A program made the translations under genes and the position numbers. Shown here one piece after another: positions 1-9,641 of a stretch of 64,000 bases of DNA (its first letter is position 1; every line of letters begins with the position of its first letter). The DNA comes from an uncultured Clostridia bacterium (GTDB taxonomy: Bacteria; Bacillota; Clostridia; TANB77; CAG-465). The DNA lies in assembly GCA_947628005.1 (NCBI GenBank), contig CANQYI010000004.1, positions 8,188 to 72,187 on the forward strand, read 5' to 3'. Under the pieces are notes generated by a model, which saw only the letters and a program-made list of their open reading frames with translations, made no database searches and was not told the DNA's origin.

Positions 1-1
1 T

Positions 2-202
2 GTTGCAAAGATAAAAGAAGGCGACATTATAGAAGGAATAGTTAGAAATAGAATAAAGACTGGTGTTTTTGTTGAATTAAAACCTAATTTAGTTGGACTT
101 GCAGAACACGTAAATGGAGTAGAATATGGACAAAAAGTACTTGTTAGTGTAAAAAGAATTATTCCAGAAAAGAAAAAAATAAAACTTATAATAATTGGTT
201 AG
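2..202 (+). CDS. S1 RNA-binding domain protein, C-terminal fragment (5' end lies outside the window)
   Basis: Open frame from the window edge: VAKIKEGDIIEGIVRNRIKTGVFVELKPNLVGLAEHVNGVEYGQKVLVSV... This is an S1/OB-type pattern (G.V..I...G.FV.L....GL.H). Stop TAG at 200-202 is followed by a hairpin and T-run. Confidence 0.6.
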   Translation, partial: VAKIKEGDIIEGIVRNRIKTGVFVELKPNLVGLAEHVNGVEYGQKVLVSVKRIIPEKKKIKLIIIG

Positions 203-203
203 G

Positions 204-235
204 AGTTACTCCCATTTTTGGGAGTAGCTTTTTTA
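204..235 (+). terminator. Rho-independent terminator
   Basis: Stem agttactccc (204-213) pairs with gggagtagct (220-229) with one G:U. Followed by a T-run at 229-234. Confidence 0.6.
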
Positions 236-246
236 CATAAAAACTA

Positions 247-275
247 TTGCATAGTTTTTTTATTTATAGTATAAT
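247..275 (+). promoter_or_regulatory. Sigma-A type promoter TTGCAT-17-TATAAT
   Basis: TTGCAT at 247-252, 17-nt spacer, TATAAT at 270-275. The predicted leader of about 95 nt contains hairpins tgtagg/cctaca and cgacttaata (312-321)/tattaagtcg (328-337). Confidence 0.5.
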
Positions 276-378
276 AAATTATGTAGGTAAATTCCTACAG
301 CATTTTAATTTCGACTTAATAAAACTATATTAAGTCGTAATATATTAAATTTAAATTAAAGTTTAAGGAGTGTGTATT

Positions 379-1404
379 ATGGTAGAAGATAATGAAGTAA
401 AAACAGTGGTATCACCTTTTGCAGTTAGAGAAAATGAGGTAAAGGTATTCGACGGTAAAGAAGGATTTGCCTCTATAAATCAGGTGGTATTTAAAATGGA
501 TATGGGATATATTAATGAATCTCATATAAAGGCATTAGAAGTAGTAAATGAATTTGGATTTGTTACTTCTAGACAAGTAACTCAAGTATTAGAAAAAAGA
601 GGAAAATTATCAGATATAGAGCCAGATAAAAGACAAAATAAAGTAGCTAAATGGCTTGAAGATTTAACAAAATCAAAAGTAATTTCACGTTATTTTTTCC
701 AAAGTGAGGCAGGAAAGAGCTCATATAGAGTTTATGCTATGGACAAAATAGCAACATATATATTAAAGCAAAGAAATATTCCTACTGCATGGCAACCAAC
801 GGATAATACTAAACCTGCATATGCAGTAAAGAGAAAATTAGCTGGAAATCAAGTAATAATTGCTTATATGCAAAAAGTAGCAGCATTTAAAGAAGTTAAT
901 CCGAATATTTTATTATATTCTAAAAAGTATAATGTTAAATTTAAACCAACAGGTGGACTAGTTACACTAAAAGATGGTGCAGAAGATGTAAATTTTGTAT
1001 TTGAAGTAGTTAGAAGAAACGAAGATTGGCAAAATATGTTTGCAGAAAAAGTACAACTATATTCTGATTTTTATGAGAATTTTGCTAAAAATGATGCAGG
1101 ATTTTATGAAAAGCCACAACTTGTTTTTGTTGGTGAAGATTTAAAACATATTGCTGAAATGTTTAGAATAATAAAGAAAGTAACAAATGAATTAAAAGAT
1201 CAAGATATGTATTTTACAACAGAAATAAAACATTTAGATGAGAATTTGGAAAACAGTATTAGTGTCTTTGAATTTGAAGAAGAAACTAAAAAATATAAAG
1301 TTGTATCAAAGCATCTTGATATATTAAAACCAGGAAATAATGAAGATAAAAAAGATGAAATAAATACAGACATGAAATTTAATTCAAATATGATAGTTGA
1401 ATAA
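379..1404 (+). CDS. Replication-relaxation-family-like protein (wHTH plus nuclease-like core); function uncertain
   Basis: ATG at 379 lies 8 nt after AAGGAG (365-370); the track ORF starts at an upstream GTG at 370. By-eye pattern: an HTH-like ALEVVNEFGFVTSRQVTQVL followed by YRVYAMDKIATYIL, and later KFKPTGGLVTL..VNFVFEVVRRNEDW..KVQLYSDFY, as in plasmid/ICE replication-relaxation proteins. Confidence 0.5.
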   Translation: MVEDNEVKTVVSPFAVRENEVKVFDGKEGFASINQVVFKMDMGYINESHIKALEVVNEFGFVTSRQVTQVLEKRGKLSDIEPDKRQNKVAKWLEDLTKSKVISRYFFQSEAGKSSYRVYAMDKIATYILKQRNIPTAWQPTDNTKPAYAVKRKLAGNQVIIAYMQKVAAFKEVNPNILLYSKKYNVKFKPTGGLVTLKDGAEDVNFVFEVVRRNEDWQNMFAEKVQLYSDFYENFAKNDAGFYEKPQLVFVGEDLKHIAEMFRIIKKVTNELKDQDMYFTTEIKHLDENLENSISVFEFEEETKKYKVVSKHLDILKPGNNEDKKDEINTDMKFNSNMIVE

Positions 1405-1407
1405 ATT

Positions 1408-1437
1408 AAACAGTGAGAATTTTTTCTCACTGTTTTT
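1408..1437 (+). terminator. Rho-independent terminator
   Basis: aaacagtgagaa / ttctcactgttt stem with a tttt loop, then a T-run. Confidence 0.7.
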
Positions 1438-1498
1438 GTAATTTTCTTGTAATATTTTAAAATGAATTGCAATTTTTTGGGATTTTTTCGTGTAGGTA

Positions 1499-2562
<1,064 letters not shown>

Positions 2563-2575
2563 AATTATTAAGTAG

Positions 2576-2606
2576 AAAGGCCGGCTCTAAAAAAGCTGGC
2601 TTTTAT
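2576..2606 (+). terminator. Hairpin plus T-run between gap and pgk (possible partial terminator/attenuator)
   Basis: ggccggct (2579-2586) pairs with agctggct (2594-2601) with G:U wobbles, followed by tttt. Decoupling of gap from downstream genes is a common arrangement. Confidence 0.4.
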
Positions 2607-2627
2607 TAAAAAAGGGAGAAATTTGAT

Positions 2628-3806
2628 ATGTTAAATAAAAAAACAGTAAGAGATGTAAGCGTAAAATCAAAAAAAGTATTAGTAAGATGTGATTTTAATG
2701 TTCCAATAGATAAAGAAACAGGGAATATCACAAGTGATAAAAGAATAGTTGAATCTTTGAAAACAATCAAATATTTAATTAATGCAGGCGCTAAAGTTAT
2801 ATTATGTTCTCACATAGGAAAAACAGGACAAAATAAAACTTTACTTCCTGTAAGTAAAAGACTAGCTGAACTTTTAGAAATGGATGTATTATTTATAGAA
2901 GATATATTTAAAGATAATGTAAGAGATGTAATAGATTCAATGCAAGATGGAGATGTAGTTTTATTAGAAAATACAAGGATGACTGAAAAAGAAGAAGCAA
3001 ACGATGAGGAGTTTGCAAAATATTTAGCAAGCTTTGCAGATATTTTTGTAAATGATGCCTTTGGATCAGCTCATAGAGCCCATGCTTCTACTGAAGGAGT
3101 AACACACTTCTTACCATCTGTTGCAGGATTTTTGATAGAAAAAGAAATCGAAGCTTTAGACCATTCAATAAATGATCCAAAAAGACCACTAGTAGCAATT
3201 GTTGGTGGTGCAAAAGTTTCTAGTAAAATAGGTGTATTAAATGCTCTGTTAGATAAAGTTGATACACTACTTATAGGTGGAGCAATGACATATACATTTT
3301 TAAAAGCAGAAGGTATTAATGTTGGAAAGTCTTTATGCGAAGATGATAAGTTAGATGTAGCTTTAGAAATATTACAAAAAGCAGCAAATAAAGGTGTAAA
3401 ATTATTACTTCCAGTTGATAATGTTGTGGCTAAAGAAATGAGTGAATATACAGAAGAAATGACTGTAAGTGTTGAAAAAATACCAGAAGATTATATGGGA
3501 CTTGATATTGGTAAAAAGACTAGTGCTCTATTTGAAGAAGAAATAAAAAAAGCTGGCACAGTAGTTTGGAATGGACCTGTAGGAATGTTTGAATTAGATA
3601 AGTTTTCAAGTGGTACAAGAAAAGTTGCAGAGGCTATGGCAGATTCTAATGCAGTCACAATAGTTGGTGGAGGCGATAGTGCTTCAGCAGTTGAAAAATT
3701 TGGACTTGAAGATAAGATGTCACATATTTCTACTGGAGGAGGAGCATCTCTAGAATTTATGGAAGGCAAGAAACTTCCAGGAATAGAGGCACTGTTAGAC
3801 AAATAA
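2628..3806 (+). CDS. pgk: Phosphoglycerate kinase
   Basis: Full-length PGK pattern: RCDFNVP, NDAFGSAHRAHAS, VWNGPVGMFE, STGGGASLE. Confidence 0.97.
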   Translation: MLNKKTVRDVSVKSKKVLVRCDFNVPIDKETGNITSDKRIVESLKTIKYLINAGAKVILCSHIGKTGQNKTLLPVSKRLAELLEMDVLFIEDIFKDNVRDVIDSMQDGDVVLLENTRMTEKEEANDEEFAKYLASFADIFVNDAFGSAHRAHASTEGVTHFLPSVAGFLIEKEIEALDHSINDPKRPLVAIVGGAKVSSKIGVLNALLDKVDTLLIGGAMTYTFLKAEGINVGKSLCEDDKLDVALEILQKAANKGVKLLLPVDNVVAKEMSEYTEEMTVSVEKIPEDYMGLDIGKKTSALFEEEIKKAGTVVWNGPVGMFELDKFSSGTRKVAEAMADSNAVTIVGGGDSASAVEKFGLEDKMSHISTGGGASLEFMEGKKLPGIEALLDK

Positions 3807-3818
3807 AGGAGAACTTTT

Positions 3819-4301
3819 ATGAAAAAAGTAAAAATAACTAATATTAATAGATTTGTATCTTTTATTATAATATTAACGCTAATTATTGTATTTTTGTTTA
3901 TTATAATATTTGTGTTAAAAAATAAAAATATTAGTTCAAATACAGACATAAGTAAACTTAATAGTTCTAAGTACTCTGATAAAATACTAGAAGAATATGA
4001 AAAAGATGGTAAAAAACAAGAATTTTTATCAGATTATAGTGCAGTTCAAAACAATGTTGGAATGTATATTATTGATAATTCTACTTTAGATGACAATTCT
4101 TTTGAAAATGTTACTTCAAGCGTAAATCAAATTCTATCTAGCGATAATTGGGAAACATTAAATATAGCTAAACCAACTAAATGGAATGGAGATTGGAGTG
4201 TTGATTCTAAAGGAATAGTAAAATTTAAATTTAGTAAAAAATCTATTGAGCCTACATGGAGCAAAGATGAAGATTTGAAAGATAAAGTAATACTAAATTA
4301 G
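3819..4301 (+). CDS. Hypothetical N-terminally membrane-anchored protein embedded in the glycolytic operon
   Basis: AAGGAG RBS 7 nt upstream of the ATG. One TM helix (FVSFIIILTLIIVFLFIIIFVL) followed by a soluble Ser/Asn/Asp-rich domain. No recognisable family. Confidence 0.6.
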   Translation: MKKVKITNINRFVSFIIILTLIIVFLFIIIFVLKNKNISSNTDISKLNSSKYSDKILEEYEKDGKKQEFLSDYSAVQNNVGMYIIDNSTLDDNSFENVTSSVNQILSSDNWETLNIAKPTKWNGDWSVDSKGIVKFKFSKKSIEPTWSKDEDLKDKVILN

Positions 4302-4316
4302 AAAGAAGGTATTTGG

Positions 4317-5066
4317 ATGCGTAAAAAAATTATAGCTGGAAATTGGAAGATGAATAATACAATTTCACAAGCAGAAGACTTTGTGGCTAGTATAATAGAT
4401 AGAATAAATGTTAGTGATAGAGAAGTTGTCATCTGCCCAAGTTTTGTTTGTCTAGATACAGTGTATAGTGTTATTGAAAATACAAATGTAAAACTAGGAG
4501 CTCAGAATGTTTATTTTGAGGAAAAAGGTGCATATACTGGAGAAATTAGTGCAGATATGTTAGTGTCTTGTTTTGTAGATTACACAATTATTGGTCATAG
4601 TGAAAGAAGAAATATATTTTCAGAAACTGATGAAATGATAAATAAAAAAGCTAAAACATTGTTAACAAGAGATATTAAACCAATTATATGTGTAGGGGAA
4701 ACTTTAGAACAAAGAGAACAAAATAAACATTTCGATTTTGTAAAATCTCAAGTAATAAATGCGTTAAAAGACATAGATGAAAAAAGTGTAGCAGAAAAAA
4801 TCGTAATAGCATATGAACCAATTTGGGCTATTGGTACAGGTAAAACAGCTACAGCAGAACAGGCAAATGAGATGTGCAAATTTATAAGAGATACAATAAG
4901 TGAGCTATATTCTAAGAAAGTTGCAGATAAAATTAGAATTCAATATGGTGGAAGTGTTAATGCAAAAAATGCTAGTCAAATATTGAATATGCCTGATATT
5001 GATGGAGCTCTTGTTGGTGGGGCTAGTCTAAAAGATGAATTTGTTTCTATTGTAAATTTTGAATAA
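4317..5066 (+). CDS. tpiA: Triosephosphate isomerase
   Basis: AGNWKMN, GHSERR, AYEPIWAIGTG, GGASL motifs. Confidence 0.97.
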   Translation: MRKKIIAGNWKMNNTISQAEDFVASIIDRINVSDREVVICPSFVCLDTVYSVIENTNVKLGAQNVYFEEKGAYTGEISADMLVSCFVDYTIIGHSERRNIFSETDEMINKKAKTLLTRDIKPIICVGETLEQREQNKHFDFVKSQVINALKDIDEKSVAEKIVIAYEPIWAIGTGKTATAEQANEMCKFIRDTISELYSKKVADKIRIQYGGSVNAKNASQILNMPDIDGALVGGASLKDEFVSIVNFE

Positions 5067-5078
5067 AAGTGATATAAT
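5050..5078 (+). promoter_or_regulatory. Possible internal promoter TTGTAA-17-(TG)ATATAAT overlapping the tpiA 3' end
   Basis: TTGTAA at 5050-5055, 17-nt spacer, TATAAT at 5073-5078 preceded by TGA (extended -10). Confidence 0.4.
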
Positions 5079-5119
5079 TATTTGGTCGCTTAATTGCGAT
5101 AGAAAGAGAAGTGTACATA

Positions 5120-6655
5120 ATGAAAAATAAACAATATATTCTAATGATATTAGATGGAGTGGGAATTGCCGATGAAAATCCTGGTAATGCTTTTAAACTT
5201 GCAAACACTCCAAATTTAGATAAACTTTTTGCTAAATATAAAAATACTCACGTAAAAACTAGTGGTATGGCAGTAGGTCTTCCTGATGGACAGATGGGAA
5301 ACTCTGAAGTAGGACATACAAATATTGGTGCAGGAAGAATTGTATACCAAGAGTTAACTAGAATAACAAAAGAAATTAATGAATCAAAGTTTTTTGAAAA
5401 TGAAGTCTTACTTAAGGCTGTAAACAATGCAAAGCAAAATGATAGTGCACTACATATAATGGGGCTTGTATCAGATGGCGGAGTGCATTCACATATTGAC
5501 CATTTATATGCACTGTTAGAACTTGCTAAAAGACATGATTTAAAGAAAGTTTTTGTACATGCATTTTTAGATGGAAGAGATACACCACCAACATCTGCAG
5601 TTGAATATTTAAAAAAATTAGAAGAAAAAATGAGTCAAATTGGTGTTGGTAAGATAGCTACAGTTGAAGGTAGATATTATGCTATGGATAGAGATCATAG
5701 ATGGGAAAGAATAAAACTTGCTTATGATGCAATTGCAAACGGGGTAGGTAACAATTTTAAGACTGTTCAAAAGGCAGTTGAAAATTCTTATGAAGCTCAA
5801 GAATTTGATGAATTTGTAAAACCAATAGTTATAACAGATGAGAATTCAAATCCAATTGCAACAGTAAATGATAATGACTCTATAATATTTTTTAATTTTA
5901 GACCTGATAGAGCACGTCAAATAACTAGAGCATTTACAGATGAAAATTTTTCAGAGTTTGAAACTAAGAAATTAAAAAATTTATGCTTTGTTACAATGAC
6001 TCAGTATGATGAGACATTAAAAAATGTAGAAATTGCTTATAAGCCACAAGTTTTAAAAAATACTTTTGGTGAATATATAAGTATGCTTGGGTATACTCAA
6101 TTAAGAATAGCAGAAACAGAAAAGTATGCTCATGTTACATTTTTCTTTAATGGTGGAGAAGAAAAACAATATAAGGGTGAAGATAGAATATTAATTCCAT
6201 CTCCTAAGGTTGCAACTTATGACTTGAAGCCAGAAATGTCAGCTTATGAAGTTACTGATGAAATCTTAAAAGCTATTGAACAAAAAAAATATGATGTTAT
6301 TGTTGTAAATTATGCTAATGGAGATATGGTAGGACATACTGGTAATATAGAAAAGGCAATTATGGCTGTAGAAGCTGTAGATGACTGCGTTGGACAAGTA
6401 ATTTCAAAACTTGAAAGTGTCGGTGGAGAAGCATTAATTACAGCAGATCATGGTAATTGTGAATATATGTTAGATTTAAAGACTGGTGAAGTTATAACTT
6501 CACATTCTACATTTGATGTTCCACTTATTGTAGTATCAGATAGAGTAAAATCAGTAAAACCTGGAAGACTTTGTGACTTAACTCCTACTTTACTAGAATT
6601 AATGGGAGAGAGTAAGCCAAGTGAGATGACAGGTGAATCTTTAGTTGAATTATAG
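5120..6655 (+). CDS. gpmI: 2,3-bisphosphoglycerate-independent phosphoglycerate mutase
   Basis: ILDGVG, GNSEVGHTNIGAGR, DGGVHSH, and ADHGN near the C-terminus. ATG at 5120 is preferred over the upstream GTG at 5111. Confidence 0.95.
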   Translation: MKNKQYILMILDGVGIADENPGNAFKLANTPNLDKLFAKYKNTHVKTSGMAVGLPDGQMGNSEVGHTNIGAGRIVYQELTRITKEINESKFFENEVLLKAVNNAKQNDSALHIMGLVSDGGVHSHIDHLYALLELAKRHDLKKVFVHAFLDGRDTPPTSAVEYLKKLEEKMSQIGVGKIATVEGRYYAMDRDHRWERIKLAYDAIANGVGNNFKTVQKAVENSYEAQEFDEFVKPIVITDENSNPIATVNDNDSIIFFNFRPDRARQITRAFTDENFSEFETKKLKNLCFVTMTQYDETLKNVEIAYKPQVLKNTFGEYISMLGYTQLRIAETEKYAHVTFFFNGGEEKQYKGEDRILIPSPKVATYDLKPEMSAYEVTDEILKAIEQKKYDVIVVNYANGDMVGHTGNIEKAIMAVEAVDDCVGQVISKLESVGGEALITADHGNCEYMLDLKTGEVITSHSTFDVPLIVVSDRVKSVKPGRLCDLTPTLLELMGESKPSEMTGESLVEL

Positions 6656-6668
6656 TTTGAGGTAATTT

Positions 6669-7496
6669 ATGGGAAAAACAAGGGAAGATTTTGAAACAGA
6701 ATCAGCATTTTTAACATATCAAATAACGCATCCAGAAGAATTTGAAGAACATAAAGAAGATGAAGAAACAAAAAAAGAAATCGATGAGTATGGTATCTTT
6801 GTGTGTCTAAATTGTGGAGAAATTATTGATGAAACAGAAACTAAACCAGATAAAAATCTTAAATATTCTGAAAGACTTAAATGTCCTAAGTGTGGAAGAA
6901 AAAAATTTAAAAAGATAAGCAAAGAGAAAAAAGAAAAATTATTATTGCTTAAAAGGAAAAAAGAAAAGGAAGAGAAAGATTCCAAAATTCAAATTGCAAA
7001 AGAAAATATAAAAGATGATATAATAGATCTTATAAAGGACTTAGAAATAAGATTAGAACAAAGTAAGATATCTAGTGCAGTATTTGTTTCAATTGCAATG
7101 AATTTATCTTATAAGATTTTTTATAGATATGGAAAAGATTTAGATTTGCCTTGGACTCAGTATAGAAAAAATATGCTCGAAATGTGCAATTCATCTTTGC
7201 AAAGACAAAGTGTATCAGAAGATGCAGAAAAGATTTTAGAAGAATATGATGAAAATATTGAAGAAAATAAATTATATAAAGCAGAGTTAGACTACTATAT
7301 AAATGACATATCATATTCTATTCCAGAATATGAATATAATGAAAAAATTGAAGAGTATAATAAGATTGATTCTGAAATGAAAGATAAAGAAGCCATGAAA
7401 AAAATAGAAGAAAGATATCAAGAACATTTAAAGTTTATGGCTGATAAAGCAAATAGAAGAGAACAAAGAAGAATTGAAAGAAATCTTGTTAATTAA
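6669..7496 (+). CDS. Hypothetical zinc-ribbon / charged coiled-coil protein embedded between gpmI and eno
   Basis: GAGG RBS. CxxC-x22-CxxC (CLNCGE...CPKCG) is followed by a Lys/Glu-rich stretch (KKFKKISKEKKEKLLLLKRKKEKEEK) and a helical C-terminal half. No family recognised. Confidence 0.6.
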   Translation: MGKTREDFETESAFLTYQITHPEEFEEHKEDEETKKEIDEYGIFVCLNCGEIIDETETKPDKNLKYSERLKCPKCGRKKFKKISKEKKEKLLLLKRKKEKEEKDSKIQIAKENIKDDIIDLIKDLEIRLEQSKISSAVFVSIAMNLSYKIFYRYGKDLDLPWTQYRKNMLEMCNSSLQRQSVSEDAEKILEEYDENIEENKLYKAELDYYINDISYSIPEYEYNEKIEEYNKIDSEMKDKEAMKKIEERYQEHLKFMADKANRREQRRIERNLVN

Positions 7497-7542
7497 GTGT
7501 ATAACTAGATAATTTAGATAAATATTTTAAAAGATGTATATT

Positions 7543-8912
<1,370 letters not shown>

Positions 8913-8913
<1 letters not shown>

Positions 8914-8944
8914 AAAGGCGTACAATTATTGTACACCTTTTTTA
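8913..8944. terminator. Bidirectional terminator shared by eno and the convergent HTH gene
   Basis: aaaaggcgtacaa / ttgtacacctttt hairpin, A-run on one side and T-run on the other. It overlaps the stop of the minus-strand gene. Confidence 0.6.
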
Positions 8945-9378
8945 AGATCTGCAAGCCTTCGCTCTATAGCAAAGACTTCGTTTTCAGTTTCGCTAACAAA
9001 TTCCTCTATATCCTCCGAAGGATAGGAGGAGTCAACTGAGGATAACTGAAATTTGAACTGCTCGAGTTTAGCCTCAAGAAATTCTCTTTCTTCCTTCGCC
9101 TCTATGCCGAATCTCTCGGCTATTAGACGATTATAATAGTTTTTGACTATTTTACCTTCTCCTTCGTAGTGCTGAGAAGTGTTGTAATCTGCCTTTTTTA
9201 TGATTTTTTCAACAACTTCCATATCGACTATTGATTCCACAATTGCCCGCCGAATTGCCTCTTCGACGAAATAGCGACTGCAACCAAAAGTCTGACCAAC
9301 CTGCGACATAGTCTTAGTTGTTGTCGCATAATAAATAGAAATATCTTTTATTCGATTTTTGGTAAGACAATATTTCAT
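8926..9378 (-). CDS. HTH-domain protein with acidic coiled-coil C-terminus; foreign codon usage
   Basis: RBS AAGGGGG 8 nt upstream of the ATG. N-terminal HTH-like TKTMSQVGQTFGCSRYFVEEAIRRAI loosely resembles SpoIIID or sigma region 4. 6 of 9 Arg codons are CGN plus 1 AGG, versus AGA almost exclusively in neighbouring genes. Confidence 0.65.
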   Translation of the reverse strand: MKYCLTKNRIKDISIYYATTTKTMSQVGQTFGCSRYFVEEAIRRAIVESIVDMEVVEKIIKKADYNTSQHYEGEGKIVKNYYNRLIAERFGIEAKEEREFLEAKLEQFKFQLSSVDSSYPSEDIEEFVSETENEVFAIERRLADLKKGVQ

Positions 9379-9506
9379 ATATAAACCCCCTTATTAAATT
9401 CGGTTTTAATTTTTCAACTAATATAATTATAACATATTTTACATAAAAAAGTCAAATAGTAGCAAAAATTATTTTAAGAAATTAGTTTTAAAAATTGATA
9501 CTTGAT

Positions 9507-9535
9507 TTGACATATAGCTAAAATTATAGTATAAT
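9507..9535 (+). promoter_or_regulatory. Consensus promoter TTGACA-17-TATAAT for rnj
   Basis: TTGACA at 9507-9512, 17-nt spacer, TATAAT at 9530-9535. Leaves a leader of about 100 nt before the rnj TTG start. Confidence 0.6.
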
Positions 9536-9641
9536 ATATACGTTATACAAGTGTGAACGGTTATATAAAAAAATATGTTTTGTACGGGTTTTATAAATTA
9601 TGTTTAATGCCTAAAAATTAATTTTTTAAGGAGGATTTAGA

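Noticed and set aside
1200-1472. 90-aa minus-strand ORF
   Set aside because: It is antisense to the 3' end of 379-1404 and runs across its terminator, with a low-complexity translation.
3491-3949. 152-aa minus-strand ORF
   Set aside because: It is antisense to the well-supported pgk 3' end and the next gene. It has no RBS and a low-complexity Ile/Ser/Asn-rich translation. This is the usual long shadow ORF of an AT-rich genome.
8926-9378. The GC-rich patch as a structured RNA gene (RNase P RNA, tmRNA or similar)
   Set aside because: The GC-rich segment coincides exactly with a clean 150-codon ORF preceded by AAGGGGG and an ATG. The translation has an HTH and coiled-coil character, and I could not find tmRNA or RNase P conserved elements.
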